From a virus (Duplodnaviria; Caudoviricetes): a DNA stretch of 36,296 nt. Positions 9,463 to 18,180 of this stretch are shown piece after piece (the first letter of the stretch is position 1; every line of letters begins with the position of its first letter). Below the pieces are notes generated by a model. It saw nothing but the letters and a program-made list of their open reading frames with translations, was not told where the DNA came from and did no database searches. The DNA is taken from positions 1 to 36,296 of IMG/VR virus record IMGVR_UViG_3300025033_000042. One strand, given 5' to 3'. The position numbers were made by a program, and so were the translations under genes.

Positions 9463-10097
9463 GCTTCGTTACTTGATATCGTGCCGCGCGGCAGCGTAGG
9501 AAGAAGCATTTGCCCACGCGGAACCAGCGGGGCTCCTGCCGGCCAACGGATTGCATCAACATCCACCTTTCGGATATCCATGATCGTGACAGCGTTACCT
9601 TGGTTCCCGCCAAGAGCTTTGTAGTAGATCTTGTCTTCGGTCTGGCCAACAATGAAAAAGACGTGGTTCCCGCCCTTGCGCGCCTTCACGCCGATAGCGC
9701 CAAGCTGCGCGGGGCACGCCGTTCCATACGTCTTGAAAGAAGAAGCGCGAGGAAACATCTTCGGATAGGTCAAACCTGCCTCGTTGAGGCACCATGCAAC
9801 AAACCCTCCGCACCAAGGCGTCTCGTCGTCGTTGAACCAAGAGGCTCCGAGCCGCTGCCAGAAGCCAACGATCCACGGATTGTTCCGCGAGCCAGGGATC
9901 TCCCTCTCACCAAGCTTTGATCGCGCCGCAACAATCCAGGCAGGTTCAGGTGCCCCGCTGAGTGCCGGTGAAGAACGCGCTCGAGCGTCCCATTGGGAAG
10001 CCAGCTGATTGATTAGTGGCACATCTTCGCGCTTTAATTTACCGCCTGGCGCAATCGGGCGAAGAGCAACAGCAATATCATTGGCAGTAGTTGTCAT
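9459..10097 (-). CDS. Endolysin, TIGR02594-type NlpC/P60-like peptidoglycan hydrolase
   Basis: GEREIPG..NNPWI, DETPWCGGFV, GNHVFF, ALGGNQGNAV; ATG 10097 preferred over TTG 10142. Confidence 0.85.
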   Translation of the reverse strand: MTTTANDIAVALRPIAPGGKLKREDVPLINQLASQWDARARSSPALSGAPEPAWIVAARSKLGEREIPGSRNNPWIVGFWQRLGASWFNDDETPWCGGFVAWCLNEAGLTYPKMFPRASSFKTYGTACPAQLGAIGVKARKGGNHVFFIVGQTEDKIYYKALGGNQGNAVTIMDIRKVDVDAIRWPAGAPLVPRGQMLLPTLPRGTISSNEA

Positions 10098-10329
10098 AAC
10101 ATGCTCGCTATTTAGGGCGTGATAAATTACACTACCGATCAAGGATTAGCATGATAACGAGAACGTCCACAAGTGACTAAAGTTAATTTACACGGTATGG
10201 GCCGCTGTGGGCCGCTACAGCAGCGCAAAGCGCTAAGGGGTGGCTAGGGTGGCGAACCGCGTTGCAGCGCTACCAGCGGGGCGGCTGCGCGGCCTGTGCA
10301 ACGCATCCCCGCGCCACCATTTGCTGCCG

Positions 10330-11916
10330 CTATTCGCCGCCGGCCTCGATCAGATAAAGAGCAGTTTTGGCGCGGGTGGCGGCAACGTAGCAGAGGTGAA
10401 TTTCTTCTTGCTTCTGCCACTGCTGGCGGGCCCACTGCGCAGGGCACTCGGAACGGCCGAGCCACCACACGCGATCCGCTTCCAGCCCCTTCGACTTGTG
10501 GATAGTAGCGAGCTTGACAGCATTCGCTTTGTCCTTGAAGAGGTAGTCGATCCCCGCGTCAAGACCTTGCAGGTTCCGCCGGTCCTCTTTGAGCGCGTCA
10601 ATGAGAAACAACAGCGAGCCAACCTTGTCCTGGATGGATTCAACCTTCTTCTCGTTGTCCTCTTTGAGGGCTTTGGCGACTTCGCGCTGCTGATAGGCTT
10701 CAAGCTTGACGCCGAGCTGGTCGATATCGCGGGCGTTCATCTTCTTGATAAGCGCTTTCAGACCCTGTCGGATATCGCGTCCCATAACCTGAGCGGGCAC
10801 GTTGTAACGGATGCACTTGAACGCAAGGCTGATAAGCGGGGCTGTCTTACGGCATACGACCAAATCGTTCGGCTGGAAATCTTCCGGCGTCCAGTCATAA
10901 CCCTTGTCCTCGACGATACCCTCAGGCGCACCGTCGCGCGCTTGAATGTGGTCAACCCATTGCTGGGCATACCTGACCACACTAGCAGAGCAGCGATAGC
11001 TGATGCTCAGCGGCAGGGTGACAGCGTTAAACTCCTTCCCGATAAGAGCGAGGGAGCGCGCGTCCGCACCGCGGAAGCCATAGATCGCTTGTGCAGGGTC
11101 GCCGACTGCTACCATGCGAGCACCGGGCCGCAGAATCATTCGGAGGATCTCACGCTGGATCATATTCGTGTCCTGCGCTTCGTCCACGAACACGAAGTCG
11201 AATGTGGGCAAGCGGAGGCGGTCGCGAACAGCGATGTAGAGCATATCGTCAAAGTCGACGCGACGTGTATCTGCGTTCGACCGCTCAAGCAGGATGCGAG
11301 CGATAGCGATACCGCGCATGATGTCAGCACCTTCGGTCTCGGGTGCGATATCATGGTGGTCGCAGATGTCGACCCAGGCTTGCAGGTTGTCCTCGGTCAG
11401 GAAGCCCATGCCAACCTGCTTCGCCAATCCGACAAGGCGCATTGCGAATGCGCCATAGGTGCGCTCTTCGGCGGGCGTCCAGGTTTGGATTGTCTGAGCG
11501 TTGACACCTTCGCCGATGGTGATCTCCGCGTCGAGTGCCATATTTTCCTTAAGAAGCTTCTTCAGCTTGTCCATTTCAAGAACAGCGTTGAGGTGCTTCA
11601 GGACCACACCGAAACAGAGTGAGTGGAAGGTGCGGGCATTGACACCCTTCTTCTTCAGCTCCTCTGCGATCGCTTTGTTGAACGCAAGAAAGATTGCAAG
11701 CCCACGGACCAGCTTCATCGCTTCAACGATTGTGGTGGACTTGCCCGATCCCGCAACAGCTTCAACGATGGCGTTACCTTGCCCGCTTTCAACGAACGCG
11801 AAAATTGAGGTTTGGAACGAGCTCCAGCGCGTGCTAGTGTCGCGCGGCTCGTCCTCAATGTTCCCGACCCCTTCAAAGGGCGTAACACCTGCGACGTTGA
11901 CGTTAAGATTACCCAT
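10330..11916 (-). CDS. UvrD/Rep-like SF1 DNA helicase
   Basis: AVAGSGKST, VDEAQD, VGDPAQAIYGFRGA, TIHKSKGLE, YVAATRA. Confidence 0.95.
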   Translation of the reverse strand: MGNLNVNVAGVTPFEGVGNIEDEPRDTSTRWSSFQTSIFAFVESGQGNAIVEAVAGSGKSTTIVEAMKLVRGLAIFLAFNKAIAEELKKKGVNARTFHSLCFGVVLKHLNAVLEMDKLKKLLKENMALDAEITIGEGVNAQTIQTWTPAEERTYGAFAMRLVGLAKQVGMGFLTEDNLQAWVDICDHHDIAPETEGADIMRGIAIARILLERSNADTRRVDFDDMLYIAVRDRLRLPTFDFVFVDEAQDTNMIQREILRMILRPGARMVAVGDPAQAIYGFRGADARSLALIGKEFNAVTLPLSISYRCSASVVRYAQQWVDHIQARDGAPEGIVEDKGYDWTPEDFQPNDLVVCRKTAPLISLAFKCIRYNVPAQVMGRDIRQGLKALIKKMNARDIDQLGVKLEAYQQREVAKALKEDNEKKVESIQDKVGSLLFLIDALKEDRRNLQGLDAGIDYLFKDKANAVKLATIHKSKGLEADRVWWLGRSECPAQWARQQWQKQEEIHLCYVAATRAKTALYLIEAGGE

Positions 11917-11943
11917 CTGACTGCTCCTTGTGCCTATGCAAAG

Positions 11944-11972
11944 GGTATGCCCCCACTGGCGCAGGAACGCAA
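11944..11972 (-). promoter_or_regulatory. Putative promoter for the helicase gene
   Basis: TTGCGT-N17-CATACC (weak -10) followed by the shared AAGGAGCAGTCA leader. Confidence 0.4.
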
Positions 11973-11996
11973 GCTCTATTTGCTGACAATATAGAA

Positions 11997-12269
11997 CTAA
12001 TGCGGCATGTCGGTCACGCTGTTTGCGATCTCAACCTGATCGCGCTTCAGCTGGGCAATCATAGCACCCGAGTCGAGGATAATGTCGACGGTCGAATGCA
12101 GAGCGTCCCTATGCTGTTGCATCGCCTCTTCGTCACCGGCACTAGCCGCGACATTGAAGAGGGTCATGTGAGCTTCATAGGTGCGCGAGGCACGTTCGGC
12201 AGCGTTCGAGTGCTCGACCATCTTGTTTCCGATGTCACGCACCTTAACAACAGCGTCCTGATACTTCAT
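11997..12269 (-). CDS. Hypothetical protein
   Basis: ATG 12269 with GGAG RBS and ATGA overlap with upstream gene. Confidence 0.7.
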   Translation of the reverse strand: MKYQDAVVKVRDIGNKMVEHSNAAERASRTYEAHMTLFNVAASAGDEEAMQQHRDALHSTVDIILDSGAMIAQLKRDQVEIANSVTDMPH

Positions 12270-12652
12270 AGCTTCCTCCGCTTGAAGCGCTCTTCCGCTC
12301 GGCGTTGCTGCCGGCTCGGTTGATAGCGCCAATAAGGTTCGATTGACGTGGCGAGGTGGGACGTATCGCGTTCGGTCTTATACGACAGGTCGTCCATGTT
12401 GTAATATGCGATGTCTTTTCGCTCCTCGCCATCAATCCGGACGCCGACCCGAATGTAGCAAGGATGAAAGTCGGGGCTCATCGGTTCGAGCGACAAGCGG
12501 CGGGGAGGCTTCTGCTCACCGCTAAGGTTTTCTGCGTCCACAATCTCATTCCCTGTTGCAGCGTTAATGACTCGCTCGCCCCGCGCCAGTGCAGTGGCAA
12601 CGGCTTGCTTGATCAGTAGCGTCTTGCCACTCTGGCGCGGGCGCTGCTCCAT
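12266..12652 (-). CDS. Hypothetical protein
   Basis: Stop/start coupled on both sides; N-terminal RQSGKT may be a P-loop remnant. Confidence 0.7.
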   Translation of the reverse strand: MEQRPRQSGKTLLIKQAVATALARGERVINAATGNEIVDAENLSGEQKPPRRLSLEPMSPDFHPCYIRVGVRIDGEERKDIAYYNMDDLSYKTERDTSHLATSIEPYWRYQPSRQQRRAEERFKRRKL

Positions 12653-12846
12653 TAGCTTATCAGCACCGGAGACGTTTCGAGGATAATGGCACGCCCCCGA
12701 GGGTCCTCCATCATTTTGACCTGAGCTACACGCTTCAGCGGGCCGTCGCTGCCCTCACGGACATAGATGTAGGTGTGAGGGGTTGCGCCGTGGGACACGA
12801 CGCATTCCTTGATGTAGTCGACCAGTTGGCCCGCTTTGTCAATCAT
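12652..12846 (-). CDS. Hypothetical protein
   Basis: Stop/start overlaps on both sides. Confidence 0.65.
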   Translation of the reverse strand: MIDKAGQLVDYIKECVVSHGATPHTYIYVREGSDGPLKRVAQVKMMEDPRGRAIILETSPVLIS

Positions 12847-13316
12847 GTTCTATATTCCGTTCCATTTTGAAGTTTGCCAGTCACCCAAGCTTTGAACCAT
12901 TGCTTGAATGTGGCTTCGTCGATTTCCATGACAGCTTGCACGCTCGACCAACCGCCGTTCGTGCCGGGCGCATGAAGGAACCCGTATGTCCGGATCCGCC
13001 AGGGCTTCCGATTCTGCTTGAAGATGAGCACTGGCAGCTCGTTGTTCTTCTCCGCAGACTTCTTGGTCTGCTCCCACCATGTATTGATGGCAAGCTGTTC
13101 CTGCCGCTTGACCTCGATTGCCATGCCGAACGTGTTCGTGAGGTCGCAACCGCCGACGGCAGTCTGATTCTGATTGCGCTGCACCATTGTTTTCGCTTTC
13201 TCGACCTCTTCGGGAGGAAAGCTGAGCGCGGCCATTACCTCGACAATAATATCGTTCAGCATCTTATATATTTGCCGCTCACCTTCGGCGCCCTTAGTGC
13301 GAGGATTAACTCCCAT
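12843..13316 (-). CDS. PD-(D/E)XK nuclease, Holliday-junction resolvase-like
   Basis: RTKGAEGER..GGCDL..IEVKR..WWEQ..PVLIFKQNR. Confidence 0.8.
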   Translation of the reverse strand: MGVNPRTKGAEGERQIYKMLNDIIVEVMAALSFPPEEVEKAKTMVQRNQNQTAVGGCDLTNTFGMAIEVKRQEQLAINTWWEQTKKSAEKNNELPVLIFKQNRKPWRIRTYGFLHAPGTNGGWSSVQAVMEIDEATFKQWFKAWVTGKLQNGTEYRT

Positions 13317-13449
13317 TTGGTTTCACCTTTATCTTTCCTGTGCCCTTACAGTTGCCACATTTGCGTTTAGCCATATGACCTTTTTCACCAGTGCGAGTTC
13401 GACCCCAATACCAACCTTTGCCTGAGCACGAGATACATTTCTTTAGCAT
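13306..13449 (-). CDS. 47-aa zinc-finger microprotein with two CxxCxGxG motifs
   Basis: Hand-translated MLKKCISCSGKGWYWGRTRTGEKGHMAKRKCGNCKGTGKIKVKPNGS; bridges flanking genes. Confidence 0.7.
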   Translation of the reverse strand: MLKKCISCSGKGWYWGRTRTGEKGHMAKRKCGNCKGTGKIKVKPNGS

Positions 13450-13670
13450 TTAGGCTTTTTCCAAAATTCACTGTTCCATGCGCGTCGGATAACATAACTG
13501 CGTAGGATTGAAATAACTGTCATCCACCAGACAATAATAGCGTTATCTTCCCACGTCAACGGAATGTCGTTTAGCCAAACAATAATCATCTGCGCTGTAA
13601 ACGCAATAACGAGACCGACACCGGTGTTAACCACAGCCTCCACAAAGCTCGCTGCTTTAGATTGAGTCAT
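13443..13670 (-). CDS. Small two-TM phage membrane protein
   Basis: ATG 13670 with ATGA overlap; MTQSKAASFVEAVVN..SILRSYVIRR pattern seen in many phages. Confidence 0.75.
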   Translation of the reverse strand: MTQSKAASFVEAVVNTGVGLVIAFTAQMIIVWLNDIPLTWEDNAIIVWWMTVISILRSYVIRRAWNSEFWKKPKC

Positions 13671-14074
13671 ATTTGCATAGTGCTCTGGCCGGTTGCCTCC
13701 TGCTCCATAGCAGCGCGGGTCATGATTAGCACGCCGCGCAGCTCGATCAGGTTGTTGATGTCGTTTCCACGGCACCAGTCAATAAGGCGCCACGCTACGA
13801 CGTTCACGGACTGGTCAACGCCCTTGAGCAGCGGCGTGAAGAAGTCGTCCTTCGGGATGTCAAGCAGACACCTGAACCCCTTCTTGGCAAGCATGATCTC
13901 ACGGTCGAGATACCAGATGGACTTCCCTACCTCGATCAGTGGATCGTCCTTCTTGCCCAGGCGCCAGTTATACTTGAGCACCTGATAGCTGTTGGCGGTA
14001 AGACGCTCACCGATCTGGGCGCAAGCGGTCCCATCGTAGTGAGCAGGGTTGATAGGGTCGTTTACAGCGCCCAT
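13667..14074 (-). CDS. DUF3310 family protein (related to T7 gp1.7 nucleotide kinase)
   Basis: DPINPAHY..KYNWRLGKK..KSIWYLDREI. Confidence 0.75.
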   Translation of the reverse strand: MGAVNDPINPAHYDGTACAQIGERLTANSYQVLKYNWRLGKKDDPLIEVGKSIWYLDREIMLAKKGFRCLLDIPKDDFFTPLLKGVDQSVNVVAWRLIDWCRGNDINNLIELRGVLIMTRAAMEQEATGQSTMQI

Positions 14075-14265
14075 ACAAGCACTCCTATGAATATGAGAAG
14101 GAATACGATCACGACAACAAGCCCGACGCCAGGATCGCCGTCAATTCCTGTCCGATTACAGCTTGTGCATTCATGCTCGTAGGTTTGGCCCCGCATGGTG
14201 TAGCGGATGCGAGTCGTCCCCTTGCAGTAGCGGCATGGAATTGACATTCGAAAACGAGGGTGCAT
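14062..14265 (-). CDS. Small zinc-finger protein with C-terminal TM
   Basis: CRYCKGT..CTSCNRTG then hydrophobic tail; GGAG RBS. Confidence 0.65.
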   Translation of the reverse strand: MHPRFRMSIPCRYCKGTTRIRYTMRGQTYEHECTSCNRTGIDGDPGVGLVVVIVFLLIFIGVLVWAL

Positions 14266-14278
14266 TGGACGTCTCCGG

Positions 14279-14557
14279 TTATGCGAGCCTTTCGAGGCTG
14301 GCGATCAGTAAAGCTAGCGCGAGTTCACGCAGTTGTCCAGCGCGAGGGTCCTTGAGCCCCTCAAGAAGCTGTGCTTCGGAGAGCATCTTGTTGCGCACCC
14401 GATCGGCTTTAGTCATGCAGTCGTCCCTTCCCCCATAGCCCATCGCATAATCGCGCAAGGGCGGTTTCCTCGAATAGCTGACGAACGAGCCAGCGGGCAC
14501 CTTGCTAGGCGCCCGCGGCTTCTTCGGCTTGCGAGCTTGCTTCGGCTTTCTAGCCAT
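14279..14557 (-). CDS. Basic hypothetical protein
   Basis: K/R-rich N-terminus; overlaps upstream gene. Confidence 0.6.
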   Translation of the reverse strand: MARKPKQARKPKKPRAPSKVPAGSFVSYSRKPPLRDYAMGYGGRDDCMTKADRVRNKMLSEAQLLEGLKDPRAGQLRELALALLIASLERLA

Positions 14558-15038
14558 TGGCAATCAGCCAGAGTAGTGTGGTCAGCGCCGATCCCACCAT
14601 CGCGGAGAGGAGCGAAGTATGAATCATCGCTTGGCGGTAGATACGCCACGACCAATAGATCTGATAGTGCAGGTCGCTGCCGGCGCCGAGGAAGCGCTGC
14701 CACTTGCTCCAGCCAGGATTGCCCGGACCGATCGCATCGGGCTTGTCTTCGAGGTTATCGAAGTGCCATTGCAGGAAGAGCTGATACTTGTGCTTCTCGC
14801 GCTCAAGGACCCAAGGCGCACCGTCGAGCCCGTTCAGCTGGAAGAACACACGGCAAGCGGCGCTAAGGTCTGCGACCTCTTCCCCTGCACGGCGGAGCAG
14901 GTTCGTTCCGTCCCAATGCTCGGGCTCACCGCCAGTCCCCATTATCTTTCCGCCGACCTGCACGACCTCGCCTGCTTCTTCGACCAGCTTGCTGAGGCCG
15001 GGCCAGACTCTACTGCCTAGATTGTATGGTGCGCTCAT
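14550..15038 (-). CDS. MazG-like nucleotide pyrophosphohydrolase with hydrophobic C-terminus
   Basis: KLVEEAGEVVQ..EEVADL (EXXE..EXXD). Confidence 0.7.
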   Translation of the reverse strand: MSAPYNLGSRVWPGLSKLVEEAGEVVQVGGKIMGTGGEPEHWDGTNLLRRAGEEVADLSAACRVFFQLNGLDGAPWVLEREKHKYQLFLQWHFDNLEDKPDAIGPGNPGWSKWQRFLGAGSDLHYQIYWSWRIYRQAMIHTSLLSAMVGSALTTLLWLIANG

Positions 15039-15505
15039 ATTCCGTCTCCATGAAGTATTTCGAGTGGCTCAAGGGCCCATTGCAGAAGCCCCTGCTTGAC
15101 TACAGCAGACGCGTCACCTTTGCGGTGCATCTGCGTTCGCGCATAGCGACCCCACCGCTGGCGATAGTGATTGTGTCGGTGAATCTGGTGCGCGTCCCTG
15201 CTATGGCGGCGCCCGCTGCTGAATCGGCAATACCAGTGGAACCAACCAAGAGGGTCTTCGGGGAAGATCCATCCGTTGCGCATCCAATCCTCGTAGGACT
15301 CACCTGCACGAGCCAGATAGAAGTTCTTGTTCTTGTCGAACGGCTCGGTATTGAGTAGCGCAAGCTTCACAATGCTCGGACGCATGTGCATATAGTCTTT
15401 GTCCGACGCATTGTGAAAGTAGTTCCGGCCGAACACTCCCCGCTCGAGCATTTCCTCGGGCGTGAGCATCGGCGCGAAGCCAGGAGCTGTGGTCAGCAAC
15501 GTCAT
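15035..15505 (-). CDS. Conserved protein of unknown function
   Basis: LTPEEML..GVFG, GWI..DPLGWFHWYCRF..GRR, QGLLQWA. Confidence 0.8.
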   Translation of the reverse strand: MTLLTTAPGFAPMLTPEEMLERGVFGRNYFHNASDKDYMHMRPSIVKLALLNTEPFDKNKNFYLARAGESYEDWMRNGWIFPEDPLGWFHWYCRFSSGRRHSRDAHQIHRHNHYRQRWGRYARTQMHRKGDASAVVKQGLLQWALEPLEILHGDGI

Positions 15506-15816
15506 TCTCGGCGCAACACAGGGCCCATGTCGAACCCGTCCTTGGCGCCGAGTTCCTCGGTCAGTTCAGGGCTGAATACACCCAAGTTGATAACAGGATG
15601 AGAAGTGCCCATAATCCCAAGGCGCAGAGCGCCACCTCGTCGAAGCGCATCAATGTCCGCTTCAGTAGGCTTATAGAACGAATACTGAAAGTTCTGACCG
15701 CTTTGAAGGTCAACGTGGTCGACGACATACAGCACTCCGCATTCACCATCGAGTTCATTATCCCATCCCTTCGGAGCACCGAGCGGGCGGGAGCCGGGGA
15801 CGACTAAGGTCTTCAT
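15502..15816 (-). CDS. Hypothetical protein
   Basis: ATGA-coupled on both sides; GGAGG RBS. Confidence 0.75.
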   Translation of the reverse strand: MKTLVVPGSRPLGAPKGWDNELDGECGVLYVVDHVDLQSGQNFQYSFYKPTEADIDALRRGGALRLGIMGTSHPVINLGVFSPELTEELGAKDGFDMGPVLRRE

Positions 15817-16037
15817 CCGAGAACCTCCAGCGCGTCCCCGTCGATACGTTCAAGGGCGAAGCTGCGAGCAGCACCGCGCGAGGGGTCGTGGGCGCGGAGG
15901 AGCCACTGTGGCTCAGGATACCATTCGTTTGCTCCGTAGTCGAGCCCGCGGAAGATAACCTCTCGGGTTTCGCTTTCACCCTTGTGGTTGACGTAGTCGA
16001 AACGAATCTTCGTTCCGGGCAGGATTACTTTGAACAT
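15813..16037 (-). CDS. Stand-alone WYL-domain-like protein
   Basis: IRFDYVNHKGE..REV..QWLLRAHD..RGAARSFALERI matches the WYL pattern. Confidence 0.7.
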   Translation of the reverse strand: MFKVILPGTKIRFDYVNHKGESETREVIFRGLDYGANEWYPEPQWLLRAHDPSRGAARSFALERIDGDALEVLG

Positions 16038-16240
16038 TTCTTTCTCCGGATAGCGCGCTTGACAGATATGTTGTCAACGCCTTTGCTTGTGACGCGGATA
16101 CGCCCGCTCTGCCCCTGGCGGGAGAAGGCGACCCATTGAGCACCGTTGGCGAAATCGCGCTTAGCGACGAAGCCTGCAGCTAGGAGCGAATCGAGCGCTT
16201 GCTGAACGGGGACCCATTCATCTAAAATTATATTTGACAC
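16025..16240 (-). CDS. Hypothetical protein
   Basis: GTG 16240 directly after AAGGAGCAGTCA. Confidence 0.7.
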   Translation of the reverse strand: MSNIILDEWVPVQQALDSLLAAGFVAKRDFANGAQWVAFSRQGQSGRIRVTSKGVDNISVKRAIRRKKCSK

Positions 16241-16263
16241 TGACTGCTCCTTGCCCATGCTAC

Positions 16264-16292
16264 AGCGTAGCGGCCTAATTCTGATGTTGCAA
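16264..16292 (-). promoter_or_regulatory. Sigma70-like promoter
   Basis: TTGCAA-N17-TACGCT. Confidence 0.6.
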
Positions 16293-16505
16293 GCGACCTG
16301 TTCGCGTCCGACTCGTATGCCAATGACCACACTTGCCCTTGTAGGCGTGCATCGGAGTGCCACGATTGGTCGCTTTGCGTGCGGAGCGCATAGCGTCTAG
16401 CTCGTTGGCAAAGATCACCTTGTGGTCAACAGTGCAGCGCAGCCGCAGATCAGGCTTGCCCCACCAGCCTTCGCGGTCGACAGGGATATAGGTCTTAGCT
16501 TTCAC
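16275..16505 (-). CDS. Small hypothetical protein with possible Zn ligands
   Basis: GGAG RBS; C..K..F..A..AY..KCGHWH pattern. Confidence 0.65.
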   Translation of the reverse strand: MKAKTYIPVDREGWWGKPDLRLRCTVDHKVIFANELDAMRSARKATNRGTPMHAYKGKCGHWHTSRTRTGRLQHQN

Positions 16506-16977
16506 TGCGTTTCTCCGCAGCTAGCACACGGCTAAATGATTTGAACTTCGGTTTAACGAGCGTCTCCTTGTTGCCCGAGAAGCCAAGTTGAATCGGGTGC
16601 TGGAGAATACGGTCGAGGGCTTGAACAAGGGACTTCTCGGTGATGTGCTGCGGCACCTTGCACTCAACGACAGCTCGAATCGTTTTGAACTCCTGAACAG
16701 GAGTCTTCGGTAGATCGTGCGACCAGAAGACCTTTGCCGCCATTCGGTCAGCAAGCTTTCGGGCAAAGGTTAAAGCTTCCTGTTTCGTTTCCTCGAGGGG
16801 TTCGATAGTGCAATGCCACGAGTTGAATCCACCTACTTCGTGAACTACACTTGCGTCGCTTGGAGGATCGGATAACGAGTTTAAGACATGGACTCGATAG
16901 TCCTTGTAAGGATGCCTGTTCCGATCCCTGTCGCCCCTCGGACCTGTTTTATCAATCGGTTCGATAACGACAATCAC
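16495..16977 (-). CDS. Hypothetical protein
   Basis: GTGA-coupled to upstream gene; GAGGAGG RBS. Confidence 0.7.
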   Translation of the reverse strand: MIVVIEPIDKTGPRGDRDRNRHPYKDYRVHVLNSLSDPPSDASVVHEVGGFNSWHCTIEPLEETKQEALTFARKLADRMAAKVFWSHDLPKTPVQEFKTIRAVVECKVPQHITEKSLVQALDRILQHPIQLGFSGNKETLVKPKFKSFSRVLAAEKRSES

Positions 16978-17684
16978 TTGAGCCTCCTCTGGCCGGCCGC
17001 AGCACCCGTCTGCAGATTCAGTCCGATACCTTCGGCAATCTTGCGAGCGCCGGAGTTCGTATAATAGGTCCCACCGATGGGAGCGGAGTCGGGGTGACGT
17101 TCCTGATAGACCGCTGCGACACGGTCGAGCGTGATCAGCGCGTTCTTGCCAGATGCCGTAGTGGGCTCGGGCTTGTGCTCTGACGCTGCCAGTGCGTTCA
17201 ACCTACTGCGAAGCGCATTGCCGATTCGGCGCGTGCATTGGTCCGCGTTCATGTGCCCGATCACGTCGCCCCACCTGTCAACGAGCATAAAGCCGGGCGT
17301 TCCGACCGCTTCGCGACCAAGCCGACGCACAGTCTTGACAAGGTAGGCGTGCATCTCCTTGGCGGTGATGCGTGCGGACTCCCGCCCGACAAGGTCCATG
17401 GACCACTTCTTACCGTCCGAGGTATAGCAGCGGCACGCCTTACATCCGAAGTATTTGGCAACAGCGAAGACGAGCATTGTGTCCCAGTCCGGAGAGGCCT
17501 TCGTGCTGCCCTTCTCGTAGTAGCGCTCACCGTCGACAGGGTCGTCCCGTTCGAGGTCTTCGACGTTCAGCTGGTGCTTTTCGAGGAGTTCGTGCGCTTT
17601 GGCGAAGAATACCTCGGCTTCGTGCTGGCTGTCGGTTGATGCGGCCTTTGCCAGTAGGGCTTTGATCTTTTCAATGATGGTCAT
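16974..17684 (-). CDS. DUF2786-domain protein
   Basis: IIEKIKALLAKAAST..HEAE..FAKAHELLEKH. Confidence 0.85.
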   Translation of the reverse strand: MTIIEKIKALLAKAASTDSQHEAEVFFAKAHELLEKHQLNVEDLERDDPVDGERYYEKGSTKASPDWDTMLVFAVAKYFGCKACRCYTSDGKKWSMDLVGRESARITAKEMHAYLVKTVRRLGREAVGTPGFMLVDRWGDVIGHMNADQCTRRIGNALRSRLNALAASEHKPEPTTASGKNALITLDRVAAVYQERHPDSAPIGGTYYTNSGARKIAEGIGLNLQTGAAAGQRRLK

Positions 17685-17710
17685 GTGACTGCTCCTTAAC
17701 TTGCAAGCTT

Positions 17711-17749
17711 ACAATAGCAGTTCCACGGACCCATGCAAGTGAAAAGTTC
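17711..17749 (-). promoter_or_regulatory. Promoter with upstream GAACTTTTC element
   Basis: GAACTTTTCAC-TTGCAT-N16-TATTGT; near-identical architecture at 28402-28440 (+). Confidence 0.65.
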
Positions 17750-17752
17750 GTG

Positions 17753-17950
17753 TCAATTTACACGGTTGCCCGGCTGGATCTCGGGCACAAATCGAATTTT
17801 CAGCCCTGATCGGTAGGTTACGTGAATCCCATCCTTGAGCGCCATGATGCCAACGACGGCATCACTCCGATCCTCGCCCCAATGAGCTCGAAATAGCTGT
17901 TGCGTCTGAGGCTCGATCGGTGGCCCAGTGACCTTTTTCGTCGTGTTCAT
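17753..17950 (-). CDS. Hypothetical protein
   Basis: ATGA-coupled; GGAG RBS. Confidence 0.6.
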   Translation of the reverse strand: MNTTKKVTGPPIEPQTQQLFRAHWGEDRSDAVVGIMALKDGIHVTYRSGLKIRFVPEIQPGNRVN

Positions 17951-18180
17951 GGCTTGCAGACTCCCGGATACATGGCTGCGATGTCATCTGCCGCCTTTTG
18001 CAGTGACTTCTTCGAGCTCGTGTAGGTGAGGCCGGTGATATTTCCGGCAGTTCGAGCCATGTTCTTGGCGGTATAGGCGCGATTCGCCTTCATTCCCGTC
18101 TGGACCCATAGCAAAATCGCTCGGCGCAGCACAATCGCCTGATAATCGGGCACTTGGTCGCCTGTGAACACTGTAGCCAT
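17947..18180 (-). CDS. Hypothetical protein
   Basis: ATG 18180 in TAATG overlap; GGAGG RBS. Confidence 0.7.
   Translation of the reverse strand: MATVFTGDQVPDYQAIVLRRAILLWVQTGMKANRAYTAKNMARTAGNITGLTYTSSKKSLQKAADDIAAMYPGVCKP

Noticed and set aside
10240-11622. 460-aa plus-strand ORF
   Set aside because: Antisense shadow of the UvrD helicase in GC-rich DNA
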